A DNA stretch of 64,000 bases from Thalassospira sp. UBA1131 (GCF_002311515.1 NZ_DCAO01000132.1:21032-85031), one strand, 5' to 3'. Shown: positions 18,501 to 28,129, counted from the stretch's first letter. Notes: generated by a model from the sequence alone, not told the origin. Made by a program: numbers and translations.

Positions 18501-20516
18501 GTCGGTGACGAAGTTGTATTCGGAGAGCTGTCGGTAGGCTCTGAGACGATGGCGCGTTTGGAGCCTTCGACGGATGGCGGGGCTGACGTTGTCTACCTGA
18601 GTAACGGTACCCATCTCACGCGGATCCATGTTGAGCCGGAAGTTACCGGAGAAACGGTTGATCGTGCGCAGTTCCGAGACGAACAGCATGCTCCTGTCGC
18701 GGCTGACGACGCGGTAGAGGTGACTGCGGATTTAACGACAGTGATCTCAGCATCAGACCTTCTTTCCAACGATCAGGATGCGGACGGAGATACGCTTGAG
18801 ATTGTGTCGGTCGAGGCTGGCGAACATGGCGCGGTATCGCTGGATGAGAACGGGAATGTCGTTTTTACGCCCAACGCCGGATACACAGGCGGAGCTTCAT
18901 TCAGTTACACTGTTTCCGATGGAGCCGGAGGTCTGGATAGGGCAACTGTGATCGTCGATGTTGTTCCATTAGAAATCAATAGTACAGCGGTCGACACCAC
19001 CATTGATCTTTGGGACGTCGCGCAGTTGGCGAATGGCAATGAAGTTTCAGTATGGCGTTCATCTGGTGACGAAGGTATTTACGCCACTATTTATCGAGCG
19101 GATGGCTCTTACGAGAGGGAAGCTGCACTTCTTTCAGAAACAACTCGAGTTCTCACGCAATTGCATGTGGAAGGTCTTGCCGATGGTGGTTTTGTTGTAG
19201 CTGGAAGGACTAATGATATCGTCACTTTCTCGATTTATGACGCGTCGGGGAATATGACGAGCGATTGGCAAACTGCTACTGGTGAAGATCCTGCGCAAAT
19301 ATACAGTGAATATTCGCAAAGAGACCCTGAAATCATTGCCCTAAGAGGTGGTGGGTTCTTGTTGACGCTCTCCGACAAGCGGCCGGAAAACTTGATAGAT
19401 TATGATATCCTGGTGAAGCGTTATGACGCAGACGGCAACGCTATGGGGGATGGGTTTAAAATTTCCTCATCTTCTCATGACTATCAATCGAATGGCATTG
19501 AGCTGCCTGATGGGCGTTTAATGCTGTTTGTAGTGTCGGCACTGAATGAATGGTCTGTAACAGCGCAAATATTTTCTCTCGCTGGAGAGGCTCTCGGGGA
19601 TGCAGAAACGGTATGGCAAGAGCCTGTAGGCAATTCCTCAGTTGAAAACTATGATGCAACGCCGATTCTACTTGTTGATGGGCGAGTGGCCTTGATTGTT
19701 CGAAACCAATTTCATGTTTATAGCGTCGATGCAGATAACGCTATTACGCTTGATTTTTCGATCGACATTAACACCGGAGATGTTGGGCCGAGAGATTTTT
19801 TGGTTTCAGATATGGTTGCATTAGAGGATGGCGGCATCTTTGCGGTGATGATACGCAAAGATGGTGCGGAGTATGAAGTTTATGGGCAACGTTACGATGC
19901 GAATGGAGAGCCGATAAGTGAAGAGTTGGTCTTTGATCGGTTTAGCGGTGAAATGTCTGTGCGGCTTGAACCTGCAGAAGATGGTGGCGCCTATGTTACC
20001 TATCTCAACGCAGATGGATCGGCTTCGAGCCTGAATAGGATCCACGTCAACTCTTCGCTTACCGGCGATACGGCGACACGGGGTCAGTATCGAAACGATA
20101 CGCCGATAGGAAATGATATGATGTCAGGAGATGATAGCGCTGATACATTCATCTTTGGTAATGGTGGCGACGCAGATGTAATTTTGGACGCAGACAACAG
20201 CGACCATATCGAGATGACATCGGGGGTGGATGCTGAAGATGTATGGTTCCTGCAAAATGGTGAAGATCTGGTGATCCAATTGCTTGGCCACCAAGACAAT
20301 TTGACGGTCTCAGATTGGTTTGACGGAACTGGTAACCATTTGGTCAATTACATCGAACTTGGTTCAGGTGCATCGCTTGATGGAGCAAATGTTCAGGCCT
20401 TGGTTGATGCCATGTCAGTGTTCGGCGTCGGAGATGTAATTGCAGATACAATTGATCGTAACAGTGAAGCGTTCTCGAATGTGCAAACTGTGATTGCCGC
20501 AAATTGGCAGAACTAG
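15597..20516 (+). CDS. large acidic VCBS/cadherin-like Ig-repeat protein, probable T1SS-secreted adhesin
   Basis: VCBS repeats ('VTVTGKNDAP'), Ig repeats ('LLANDQDVDGDAL...FSYTVSDG'), RTX-type C-terminal secretion region ('DLVIQ...VSDWF...LVDAM...AANWQN'); GGAG RBS before ATG 15597 (ORF track 15495). Confidence 0.88.
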   Translation: MSVSSLNWGSGGIVGAINELMDNVTGESQITHSALGLISFSDVDIDRYHSITVTGPDGAIGGFTAMVADPATGDGSGTVLWQYSVPDAATEHLGEGETVTEVFTMHLTDDQGEEVTQDVTVTVTGKNDAPEIIAHSPDVTITALADGSEGEGEATHTATGSVEFDDLDLTDSHTLTVFSPYGHRGELVANIVQSATGDGTGVIEWSYVVSDGSLDDLSSGDTFIENFLLQIDDGHGGVVLTSVNVTLSAPENAAPVISADISAALSEDDAPTIINLLANASDSDGDDLDVHNASISVSDGRPLAYSLSSETGGLAFDPGQFNYLTEGESVTITVSYNVTDGSATVPASAVIVIEGRNDGPVAVQDVVLATEDTTTSPVTGNVLSNDTDVDGDALEVISVNGEAGYVGQQINGVYGLITIGANGSYSYVLDNARQAVQELAEGQVVSESFSYQIRDEHGETAIASVEVTVVGTNDSPVVAGVDLGEVDDDETRIITAAELLANSSDIDGDALSVVSVSIAAEAGSVYDNGDGTWTFVPQLGYVQDDVQIEFVVSDGTAETTGTASIDVLLGNEAPVAGDDTVDVSANAPTVISAEDLLANDQDVDGDALEIVSVEAGAHGTVALDEDGNVVFTPEDGYTGDASFSYTVSDGQGGTDSATVQVSVTEVQDEGGNVTPNASEVWDTAQLSNGGQVVIWHNGEGLTGSNIYAGDGSVVKSHYRLPGDPTNLAELKVEGLANGGFVVAGLNSNNRVVFAVYNNEGLLSRSWQPVISESYPHGVPDIIATQGGGFTLVMHGNRGTSTRWDTLGRRYDANGNALGDVFEINAPINGDTHANGIELADGRLMLFSVHRLPNNWQVTGQVFSAEGSALGEAFDVASSTSGIDDFVVAPIRLNDGRIALTVGGELHIYSVDGTNSVVEDVTVSFGELGGSAISDLVALADGGVFVLYTREEGDEYQVFGQRYDASGNLVGDEVVFGELSVGSETMARLEPSTDGGADVVYLSNGTHLTRIHVEPEVTGETVDRAQFRDEQHAPVAADDAVEVTADLTTVISASDLLSNDQDADGDTLEIVSVEAGEHGAVSLDENGNVVFTPNAGYTGGASFSYTVSDGAGGLDRATVIVDVVPLEINSTAVDTTIDLWDVAQLANGNEVSVWRSSGDEGIYATIYRADGSYEREAALLSETTRVLTQLHVEGLADGGFVVAGRTNDIVTFSIYDASGNMTSDWQTATGEDPAQIYSEYSQRDPEIIALRGGGFLLTLSDKRPENLIDYDILVKRYDADGNAMGDGFKISSSSHDYQSNGIELPDGRLMLFVVSALNEWSVTAQIFSLAGEALGDAETVWQEPVGNSSVENYDATPILLVDGRVALIVRNQFHVYSVDADNAITLDFSIDINTGDVGPRDFLVSDMVALEDGGIFAVMIRKDGAEYEVYGQRYDANGEPISEELVFDRFSGEMSVRLEPAEDGGAYVTYLNADGSASSLNRIHVNSSLTGDTATRGQYRNDTPIGNDMMSGDDSADTFIFGNGGDADVILDADNSDHIEMTSGVDAEDVWFLQNGEDLVIQLLGHQDNLTVSDWFDGTGNHLVNYIELGSGASLDGANVQALVDAMSVFGVGDVIADTIDRNSEAFSNVQTVIAANWQN
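17307..20099 (+). repeat. intragenic tandem duplication of an Ig domain plus ~370-aa domain (17307-18686 / 18687-20099)
   Basis: Paired motifs WDTAQL/WDVAQL, VEGLANGGFVVAG/VEGLADGGFVVAG, NGIELADGRLMLF/NGIELPDGRLMLF, GQRYDA/GQRYDA. Confidence 0.85.
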
Positions 20517-20626
20517 CGATATTACCGACTAGGACATTAGTACGCATTTAGACCAGATCAATCCCGTCTCTTCAAAAGATTTGATGAGAGGGGATTGATC
20601 TGAGCATTTCGCTGGAAAATGAAAAA

Positions 20627-20759
20627 TGTCAGCTTTTCTGTCAATTCTGCAGATTTTTGTCACCTTTTGTGACAATCGATGACAGCTTATCTGGCAATCA
20701 AAAATGTTAAGGCATTGATTTTGCTGGAAGTTGAATGTCATCTTTTGTGGCACCTGACA
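20627..20759 (-). mobile_element. Tn7-like transposon end, copy 2 (intact, 133 bp)
   Basis: Ungapped match to copy 1 (offset 6156); exact IHF consensus AATCAA-TGCC-TTA on the minus strand at 20708-20720. Confidence 0.75.
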
Positions 20760-20789
20760 ACTTTTCCCGAAAAATTTATGCCGCCTGAG

Positions 20790-20811
20790 ACCGACGCATA
20801 TATGCGTCGGT
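20790..20811. repeat. perfect 22-bp palindrome
   Basis: ACCGACGCATA|TATGCGTCGGT. Confidence 0.8.
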
Positions 20812-21042
20812 GCCGCCAAGGGTTTGTCATAATTCGGGGGGCATGGGACATGCGGGATGTTCCAAGCCGCCATATCTTGATTTCCAATCTGTGTTTCTGA
20901 TCCGAAATTGAACCTCGATATTCGATGTTACGCACGCTGCTGACATTTCGTCGGTTGTTTGACGTGAATGCCGACAGGGTGTCTGTTGTTACCGGACGGA
21001 TGAGACCGCCATTCTGCCTTTTTGCAACGAAAGGGAAGACAC

Positions 21043-22797
21043 ATGCGCGGTTCAGATATCCTTGCTGACATGCTGATCGCTTACGGCGTAGAGACCGTCT
21101 TTGGTGTTCCCGGTGATACAAACGTGCCGTTTTACGAAGCGCTTCAGGAGCGTGAAGGGAAAATTCGTCATGTGATGGCCCGGGATGAGCGTTCTGCCGG
21201 TTTTATGGCCGATGCCTATGGTCGCTTTACCGACAAGCCCGGGGTTTTCGAATGCCCGTCGGGCGCTGGGGCGATGTACTCGCTGCCACCTGTCGCTGAA
21301 TCAAATGCGTCCTCGGTTCCCGTCATTCTTTTGACGATTGACATTCCGCTCCCGGGTGAAGGGAAAGGCGTTCTGACCGAACTTGATTGCGCCAAATTGT
21401 TTGAGCCAGTCACCAAAATGTCGGTTCAGGTCAAGTCGGTCGAAAAGCTGCCCGAGATCATCCGGAGAGCATTTCGGGTCGCGACATCAGGAAAACCCGG
21501 AGCGGTTCACCTGCAAATCCCGGAAGATATCCTGCAACACGAAGTCGATCCGGCAAAGGTATCCCTTCATGTCGAAGAGGAATGCAAGACCTTCCCATCC
21601 TTTGCGACCTTGCCTGCACCAGGCAAGCTTGAAGAACTGCTCACTCTGTTGAAAAGGGCCGAAAAGCCGTTGATTGTATCGGGTGGCGGTGTCAACCGCG
21701 CCTGCGCGGGCAATGCTGTTCTTAAGCTTGCCGAAAAGCTCAATATACCGGTGTGCACAACGATGACTGGCCAAGGCACGATCCCCGATGATCATGAGCT
21801 GGCGGTTGGCGTTATCGGCGATAACGGCTATCATCCCCATGCAAACCGTGCCCTGGAAGAAGCCGATTTCGCCCTGTTCATCGGGTCACGGATCGGGTCG
21901 GTTGTGACCATTGGCTGGACTTTCCCGAAGGTGACGCTGAACAAGCGTCTGGCCCAGATTGATATCAATCCCGAAATCATGGCCAACAACTATGAAAATG
22001 TGTTGTCGGTTATTGGTGATGCCCAACTGGTTGTCGAGCAACTCGTCGAGATGATCCCCGATGGCAGGGATGGGAGCGATCATAAGTCGTGGATTGATTA
22101 TCTCAACGAACTGCGCCGTCAGTTCTGGGAGGGCGCCGAGCCCTACATGAGTGCGGAAGACTCTCCGTTGCGTCCCGAGCGGGTGGTGCGAGAGTTTAAC
22201 AAAGCGCTGGAAAACTCCGGTGAACCTGCCCTGATTTATTCGGATGCCGGCACACCGACCCCCTATATGACCCGCTTCCTGAAAATCAACGATCCACAGA
22301 CGCGATTTGCCATTCCACGTGCGTTTGGCGGACTTGGTTCTGCCTTGCCGGCAACGGTCGGGGCATGGTGTGCAGATGAAAGCCGCCGTCCGATCGGAAT
22401 GTTCGGAGATGGTTCATTTGGCATGACGGTCGGCGAACTTGAGACCCTTGTGCGCTTGCAGGTGCCCGCGATCCTGCTGCTGTTCAATAACGGTATCTTT
22501 GGCTGGATTAAAGGGTTGCACCGTCTCAAAGGCCACAATCAGTGCTTTAGTGTTGATTTCCTGCCGCCGCGTGGTCAGGCGATAGCCGAAGCATTTGACA
22601 TGACAGCCTGGACCGCCAAAACCCCCGAAGAACTTGAAGTCGCCCTCGAAAAGGCATTCGCCCACAAACAGGGGCCATGCTTCATCGATATCCATGTTGA
22701 GTCACTGGCTGATCGTGTGCCGCCGGTTTACTCGTGGCTGACCAAAAAGGGCGAAGATCCACTCGAGTTGCAAACGAAGCGGGTTCCCTACCTGTAG
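21043..22797 (+). CDS. ThDP-dependent enzyme (acetolactate synthase-like)
   Basis: 'VFGVPG', 'RDERSAGFMA', 'GKPGAVHL', ThDP motif 'GDGSFG...NN'. Confidence 0.92.
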   Translation: MRGSDILADMLIAYGVETVFGVPGDTNVPFYEALQEREGKIRHVMARDERSAGFMADAYGRFTDKPGVFECPSGAGAMYSLPPVAESNASSVPVILLTIDIPLPGEGKGVLTELDCAKLFEPVTKMSVQVKSVEKLPEIIRRAFRVATSGKPGAVHLQIPEDILQHEVDPAKVSLHVEEECKTFPSFATLPAPGKLEELLTLLKRAEKPLIVSGGGVNRACAGNAVLKLAEKLNIPVCTTMTGQGTIPDDHELAVGVIGDNGYHPHANRALEEADFALFIGSRIGSVVTIGWTFPKVTLNKRLAQIDINPEIMANNYENVLSVIGDAQLVVEQLVEMIPDGRDGSDHKSWIDYLNELRRQFWEGAEPYMSAEDSPLRPERVVREFNKALENSGEPALIYSDAGTPTPYMTRFLKINDPQTRFAIPRAFGGLGSALPATVGAWCADESRRPIGMFGDGSFGMTVGELETLVRLQVPAILLLFNNGIFGWIKGLHRLKGHNQCFSVDFLPPRGQAIAEAFDMTAWTAKTPEELEVALEKAFAHKQGPCFIDIHVESLADRVPPVYSWLTKKGEDPLELQTKRVPYL

Positions 22798-22810
22798 TCG
22801 TTTGTGCCAC

Positions 22811-22853
22811 GGCGGGTGCCCCCAGATGACCTTGCGGGTCGGGGGCATCCGCC
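22811..22853. terminator. GC-rich intergenic hairpin
   Basis: GGCGGGTGCCCCC ... GGGGGCATCCGCC just after the stop codon; no clear U-tract. Confidence 0.5.
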
Positions 22854-22992
22854 AACCCTCATGCAACCCGTTTGGGAACGTCATGGATATCTGATTCCGA
22901 CGTTTCGTCGGAAATCACACCTCAAACCGGACATTGTGTCCCTTTTCTTTGACAGTCCGGCAATGAAGAATAATCAAAACTGGAGGGGCTAG

Positions 22993-24249
22993 ATGGCGCG
23001 TCAGGTCGTTGTCTTGGGAGCAGGTATTGTCGGCGTTTCAGCTGCGTTGGAGCTTCTTGATCGGGGCTATGATGTCACACTGATGGATCGCAAGTTTCCC
23101 GGCGAGGAAACATCCTATGGCAATGCCGGGGTGTGGACCCGTTCATCGCTGGTGCCGATCAACAATCCGACGCTGTGGAAGAACCTGCCAAAGTTTGTGT
23201 CAAACCGCACGACGGCGCTGCGATATTATCTGCCGTTTCTGATGCGTAACCTGAACTGGACATTCCGGTTTTTGATGAATGCTCGTCAGAGCAAAGTTCT
23301 TGAAACGGCTGCCGCCCTTGATCAGTTGATCTCGCTTTCCATGCAAGAGCATATGCGCCTGCTTGCAGCTTCTGGTGAGCAACAGCGCCTCAGCGAAAAG
23401 GGCTGGATGTTCTTATATCGCACTCAGTCAGGGTTCGAGGCTTCTCAGTTCGCGCGGGATATCTTCGATCACTTCGAACTTGATACCGAAATTCTGAATG
23501 CGGACCAGATTTCCGATCTCGAACCGTCGCTTAACCGGATTTTTACTGCAGCAACCTGGATCAAGGATGCCAAAAGCATTGATAATCCAGGTGCTCTGGT
23601 GGCGGGTTATGGCAAACTGTTCCTCGCCAAGGGCGGCAAGTTTGTTCAGAAGACAGTGCAGTCGCTGTCAGACTTGTCTACTACGTCAGGGGGCTGGAAA
23701 GTCATTGCGGACGGCGGTGACAGTTTTGTCAGTGACGATTTGGTCGTCGCCCTCGGTCCATGGACCCCGCATATTTTAAAGAGCATCGGTATTGATGTTC
23801 CGATGGGGTATGAGCGCGGGTATCACATGCATTTCAGATCAGCCAATGGCGGGCATTTGCAGCGTCCGATCTGTGATGCCAGTGGTGGATATGTCCTTGC
23901 CCCCATGGAGCAGGGATTTCGACTGACAACCGGTGTCGAGCTTGATGCGTGTGATGCACCGGGAAAACTTAATCAATTCGAGCAAGCTGTTTCGTCTGCC
24001 AAAGAGGCATTTCCATTGTCCGGCCCGGTTGAAAACAGCCCGTGGATGGGGCGTCGCCCGACGCTTCCTGATAGCAGGCCAATCATCGGTGCCGCCCCGA
24101 AAAGAAAAGGTCTTTGGCTTGCCTTTGGTCATCAGCATATCGGTTTTTGCACCGGGCCCGGTACGGCCCGGGTTCTTGCCGATCTGATGACCGGTCAATC
24201 ACCACCAATCGACGCAAAGCCCTTCTGTGCGGAGCGTTACCTGAGATAA
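22993..24249 (+). CDS. FAD-dependent D-amino acid dehydrogenase (DadA-like)
   Basis: GAGIVG, 'TSYGNAG', 'ERGYH', 'GRRPTLPDSRPIIG', 'GHQHIG'. Confidence 0.9.
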   Translation: MARQVVVLGAGIVGVSAALELLDRGYDVTLMDRKFPGEETSYGNAGVWTRSSLVPINNPTLWKNLPKFVSNRTTALRYYLPFLMRNLNWTFRFLMNARQSKVLETAAALDQLISLSMQEHMRLLAASGEQQRLSEKGWMFLYRTQSGFEASQFARDIFDHFELDTEILNADQISDLEPSLNRIFTAATWIKDAKSIDNPGALVAGYGKLFLAKGGKFVQKTVQSLSDLSTTSGGWKVIADGGDSFVSDDLVVALGPWTPHILKSIGIDVPMGYERGYHMHFRSANGGHLQRPICDASGGYVLAPMEQGFRLTTGVELDACDAPGKLNQFEQAVSSAKEAFPLSGPVENSPWMGRRPTLPDSRPIIGAAPKRKGLWLAFGHQHIGFCTGPGTARVLADLMTGQSPPIDAKPFCAERYLR

Positions 24250-24289
24250 TAAAAAACAAACAAAACAACATCTATCATCGGAGGCTTTT

Positions 24290-25261
24290 ATGAAGTTGAA
24301 GAATACTGTCATTACCGGGATCGTTCTTGCGTTCCCGCTTGTGGTTTCCGCGGCAAATGCAGAAACCTGGGATATGGCGCTTGCCTATTCGGCGTCGAAC
24401 TATCATTCGGAAATCGCGGCCGAGTTTGCCGCCGAAATCACCGCCGGTACGGATATTGAAGTGATCCCTCATCCGGGTGGTTCCCTGTTCCCGGGGGATC
24501 AGATTTATACATCGGTCCGTCGCGGTATCATCCCGATCGGCGAGCGGCTGATTTCCGCTTTGGCGAACGAAGACCCGATCTATGGCGTTGATTCGGTCCC
24601 GTTCCTTGCGACGGGTTTTGACGCGTCGATGAAACTTTATCAGTCATCGAAACCGGCCCTTGAGGAAACCCTGGACGGTGCAGGTCTGCACTTCCTGTAT
24701 TCCTGCCCGTGGCCACCACAGGGGTTCTATTCGTCGGTGGAAGCCAAAACACCGGACGATATCAAGGGACTGAAATTCCGTGCGTATAACGCGACGACTT
24801 CTGCCTTTGCCGAAGAGCTTGGCATGGTGCCGACCAAAATCGAAGCAGCCGAACTGCCGCAGGCCTTTGCCACAGGGGTGGCTGAATCGATGATTTCGTC
24901 GGGTTCGACCGGTTATGATCAGAAGCTTTGGGAACATGTGAAATATTACTATGATGTCAAAGCCTGGCTGCCGCGGAACATGGTGTTTACCAATGCCAAG
25001 TCCTGGGCTGGTCTGGATGATGCAACCAAGGCTGTCTTTGAAAGTGCCGCGGCAAATGCAGAAAGCAAGTGCTGGGCAAAAGCCGAAGAACTTGATGCAT
25101 GGTATATCGAAGAGTTCAAAAAGAACGGTATGCAGGTCGCCGAAATGAGCCCGGAGTTGCGCGCCGCCTTTGAAAAGGTCGGTGCGAAGCTGCGCGCGGA
25201 GTGGCTGGAACGTGCCGGCGAGAAAGGGCAGGCTGTTATTGACGCCTATGGTGCGCAGTAA
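24290..25261 (+). CDS. dctP: TRAP transporter substrate-binding protein
   Basis: Signal peptide; 'DIKGLKFRA'; followed by dctQ/M. Confidence 0.9.
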   Translation: MKLKNTVITGIVLAFPLVVSAANAETWDMALAYSASNYHSEIAAEFAAEITAGTDIEVIPHPGGSLFPGDQIYTSVRRGIIPIGERLISALANEDPIYGVDSVPFLATGFDASMKLYQSSKPALEETLDGAGLHFLYSCPWPPQGFYSSVEAKTPDDIKGLKFRAYNATTSAFAEELGMVPTKIEAAELPQAFATGVAESMISSGSTGYDQKLWEHVKYYYDVKAWLPRNMVFTNAKSWAGLDDATKAVFESAAANAESKCWAKAEELDAWYIEEFKKNGMQVAEMSPELRAAFEKVGAKLRAEWLERAGEKGQAVIDAYGAQ

Positions 25262-25274
25262 GTCCGAATGATTA

Positions 25275-25301
25275 CCTGCCGTTCCTTTCGGGAACGGCAG
25301 G
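25275..25301 (+). terminator. stem-loop between dctP and dctQ
   Basis: CCTGCCGTTCC-TTTCG-GGAACGGCAGG. Confidence 0.65.
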
Positions 25302-25321
25302 GTTTCTCTTTGGAGATCGAC

Positions 25322-25861
25322 ATGTTTGTCATGATTTCGAAGGCGCTAGACAGGGTCTACAAGGCCGGTGCCGTTGCGGCGGGTGTTTTGTTGGTGGCGT
25401 TATGCTGTCTGGTTTTATACAGCACATTTGCCCGATCGCTGGGGCTTTATGCCGGGGGGGCATCGGATGTTGCCGGGTATGTAATGGCAACGGGAACGTT
25501 TACCGCATTGGCCTATACCCTTCGTGCGAAACGCCATATCCGCATTTCGCTGTTTGCCGAAAAACTAAACGGTGGCGGGCGTCATTTTCTTGAAATCCTG
25601 TGTCTGATTGTTCTGGCGGTGATTACCTGCTTTACAGCCTGGTACATGGTTCAGATGACCCTGCTTAGCCATGAGTTTCAGGATCGTAGCCAGGGTGCTG
25701 ATGGCATGTTGCTTTGGATCCCGCAGTCTTTTGTTGCCGCCGGTTCATGCCTGTTTGCGCTGGCCGCGGTGCATAGCCTTTTTCAGGCTTTGATCGAAGG
25801 CCGTAATCCGCAGAGCGAGCTGTCGGGGACCTCATCTAACGAAAGCCCGCAAGAGCTATGA
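25322..25861 (+). CDS. dctQ: TRAP small permease
   Basis: 4 TM, 'HIRI' motif; GGAG RBS. Confidence 0.88.
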   Translation: MFVMISKALDRVYKAGAVAAGVLLVALCCLVLYSTFARSLGLYAGGASDVAGYVMATGTFTALAYTLRAKRHIRISLFAEKLNGGGRHFLEILCLIVLAVITCFTAWYMVQMTLLSHEFQDRSQGADGMLLWIPQSFVAAGSCLFALAAVHSLFQALIEGRNPQSELSGTSSNESPQEL

Positions 25862-27159
25862 TTGAAACCATCTCGATAATTGTCTTTCTGGCATCACTGT
25901 TCCTTATGCTGGGCATGGGGGTCTGGGTTGGTGCCGCTCTTCTTGGAACGGCCGTGATCGGCATGATGATTTTCACATCGGCCCCGGTCGGGGATTCGAT
26001 GGCGATCAACATCTGGGCGGGGCAATCTTCATGGACCCTGACGGCGCTGCCGCTGTTTGTCTGGATGGGGGAAATCCTGTTTCGAACGTCGCTGAGCGAA
26101 ACATTGTTCAGGGGGCTTTCGCCCTTTCTTGGTCGTTTGCCCGGCGGGCTGTTGCATGTCAATATCGGTGCGTCTGCCGTATTTGCCGCGATTTCAGGGT
26201 CGTCTGCCGCAACGGTTGCCACCGTCGGCAAAATGGCCATTCCGGAACTGCGTAGACGTAAATATCCCGAAAAAATGATCATCGGCACCCTGTCCGGGGC
26301 CGGGACGCTTGGTCTTTTGATACCGCCATCCATTTCGATGATTGTTTATGGCGTGACCGTGAACGAAAGCATTTCCAGCCTGTTCATCGCGGCAATGGTC
26401 CCGGGTATTTTGCTTGCGGTATGTTTCAGCCTTTATGTGGTTGTCTGGTCCAAGCTGAATGCGAAAAAGGTTGCCGAGATCGAGAATGAAAAGTCGGAAG
26501 GCAGCCTTTTTCGGAACCTGATTGATCTGTTGCCGGTGCTGTGTCTGATTGGTGCGGTGATCGGATCGATCTATTCCGGCTTTGCGACAGCGACCGAGGC
26601 CGCGGCACTTGGCGTTCTGGGATCGCTGGTTCTGTCGCTTGTGCAAAAAAGCCTGACCTGGAAGAGTTTTTCAGAGAGTGTCATGCAGTCCGTTCAAACG
26701 ACCTGCATGATCATGCTGATCCTGATGGGGGCAGGGTTTCTGTCGCTGACGATGGGCTTTACCGGTATTCCGGCTGCTTTGGCCAATCATATTTCGGGGC
26801 TGGAGCTTTCGCCGTTTACGCTGATCATTTTCCTGACGGTCTTTTACATATTCCTTGGCTGTTTTCTGGACGGATTGTCGTCGATTGTTTTGACGATGGC
26901 CGTGATCGAGCCGATGGTCAGGGCGGCGGGTTTCGACATGCTGTGGTTTGGCGTGTATCTGATGATCGTTGTTGAAATGGCGCAGATCACGCCGCCGATC
27001 GGCTTTAACCTGTTTATGCTTCAGGCGATGACCGGCAAGGGAATAGGCTTCATCGCCCGGGCGTCCGTGCCGATGTTCCTTGTGATGTGTGCATTCGTGC
27101 TGGTGCTTGTCGCGTTCCCGGAAATTGCGACCTGGCTTCCGAAGGCATTACAGAATTGA
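25858..27159 (+). CDS. dctM: TRAP large permease
   Basis: 'ALPLF', 'GTLGLLIPPS', 'ITPPIGFNLF'. Confidence 0.93.
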   Translation: MIETISIIVFLASLFLMLGMGVWVGAALLGTAVIGMMIFTSAPVGDSMAINIWAGQSSWTLTALPLFVWMGEILFRTSLSETLFRGLSPFLGRLPGGLLHVNIGASAVFAAISGSSAATVATVGKMAIPELRRRKYPEKMIIGTLSGAGTLGLLIPPSISMIVYGVTVNESISSLFIAAMVPGILLAVCFSLYVVVWSKLNAKKVAEIENEKSEGSLFRNLIDLLPVLCLIGAVIGSIYSGFATATEAAALGVLGSLVLSLVQKSLTWKSFSESVMQSVQTTCMIMLILMGAGFLSLTMGFTGIPAALANHISGLELSPFTLIIFLTVFYIFLGCFLDGLSSIVLTMAVIEPMVRAAGFDMLWFGVYLMIVVEMAQITPPIGFNLFMLQAMTGKGIGFIARASVPMFLVMCAFVLVLVAFPEIATWLPKALQN

Positions 27160-27190
27160 TGCAGCTTAGCCCCCGGTTTCCGATCGGGGG

Positions 27191-28084
27191 CTACCCCACT
27201 TGTTTGGCAAGCTGCAATACCCAGTCACGGAACCGTTTGACCGCGATGGAATGGGCTTTGCGTTCGGGATAAACCACAAAATAGCTTTCGCCGGATGGCA
27301 CGGGCGCGCCAAAGGGGGTATGGAGCTTGCCCTCGGAGAGTTCGTTTTCGATCAGGCAAACCGGAATTACCGCCAGTCCATAACCGGCAATCGCGGCATT
27401 GATCAGCATTCCGGTATTATCAAATCGTGGCCCCTGAAGGGTGCCGCGATAATTGATGTCAGAAGCGCGCAGCCATTTCAGCCACAGGCTTGACCGGCTG
27501 GCATTTTGCAGCAGCCGATAGTTTGCAAAGCCTGTTTGATCCAGTCGGGTTCCGGGGGCGATGAGCCCGGGGGACGACACCACAGCGATCTTTTCGGCAA
27601 ATAGCGGATAGGATTTGGCGGCGGGCCAACTGCCGTCGCCGCGCAGGATTGCGATATCCATATTGGTGTTGCTGAAATCCACATCATTATAGGTACGCGT
27701 GAATTCCAGATGTTCGTTCGGAAAATTACGGCTGAAGGCATCTATATAGCGGGTCAGCCAGCGAGAGCCGAATGTCGGCAATGTCCCGATTTTCAGGGCA
27801 TCTTCTGCGCGCCTGCCCCGCACGATATCGATGGATGCGATTTCAAGCTTGTCGATGGCAGTGTGGATGGTTTCGGCATAGGCCTTGCCGGAATCCGTCA
27901 GGACAACCCGCGAGCCATAGCGTTCAAATAACTGTATTCCCAAAAATTCTTCCAGGTTTTTGATCTGACGGCTTATGGCACTTTGGGTGATGCCAAGATC
28001 ATCCGCAGCCTTGGTGAAACTGAGCTGTCTGGCAGCGGATTCGAAGGCCTGAAGCGTGGATAATGTCGGAAGAAATCGGCGCAT
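27191..28084 (-). CDS. LysR-family regulator (GcvA-like)
   Basis: 'LQAFESAARQLSFTKAADDLGITQSAISRQI'. Confidence 0.92.
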   Translation of the reverse strand: MRRFLPTLSTLQAFESAARQLSFTKAADDLGITQSAISRQIKNLEEFLGIQLFERYGSRVVLTDSGKAYAETIHTAIDKLEIASIDIVRGRRAEDALKIGTLPTFGSRWLTRYIDAFSRNFPNEHLEFTRTYNDVDFSNTNMDIAILRGDGSWPAAKSYPLFAEKIAVVSSPGLIAPGTRLDQTGFANYRLLQNASRSSLWLKWLRASDINYRGTLQGPRFDNTGMLINAAIAGYGLAVIPVCLIENELSEGKLHTPFGAPVPSGESYFVVYPERKAHSIAVKRFRDWVLQLAKQVG

Positions 28085-28106
28085 AAGGAACCTAGCGTAA
28101 ATGTGG

Positions 28107-28129
28107 CATCATGACTTTTAGTCATGATG
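28107..28129. promoter_or_regulatory. LysR recognition box (T-N11-A in a dyad)
   Basis: CATCATGACT-TTT-AGTCATGATG perfect inverted repeat 22 bp upstream of the LysR start. Confidence 0.65.

Noticed and set aside
14471-20759. Reading the 133-bp repeat as a MITE, since it starts TGTCAG and ends CTGACA
   Set aside because: No target-site duplications (GAAAT/GTCAT; AAAAA/ACTTT), the internal sites all point one way, and the left TGTCAG is part of binding site 4; a single transposon end fits better
21043-22797. Calling the ThDP enzyme biosynthetic ilvB/ilvI
   Set aside because: No small subunit or ilvC adjacent, and the context is catabolic
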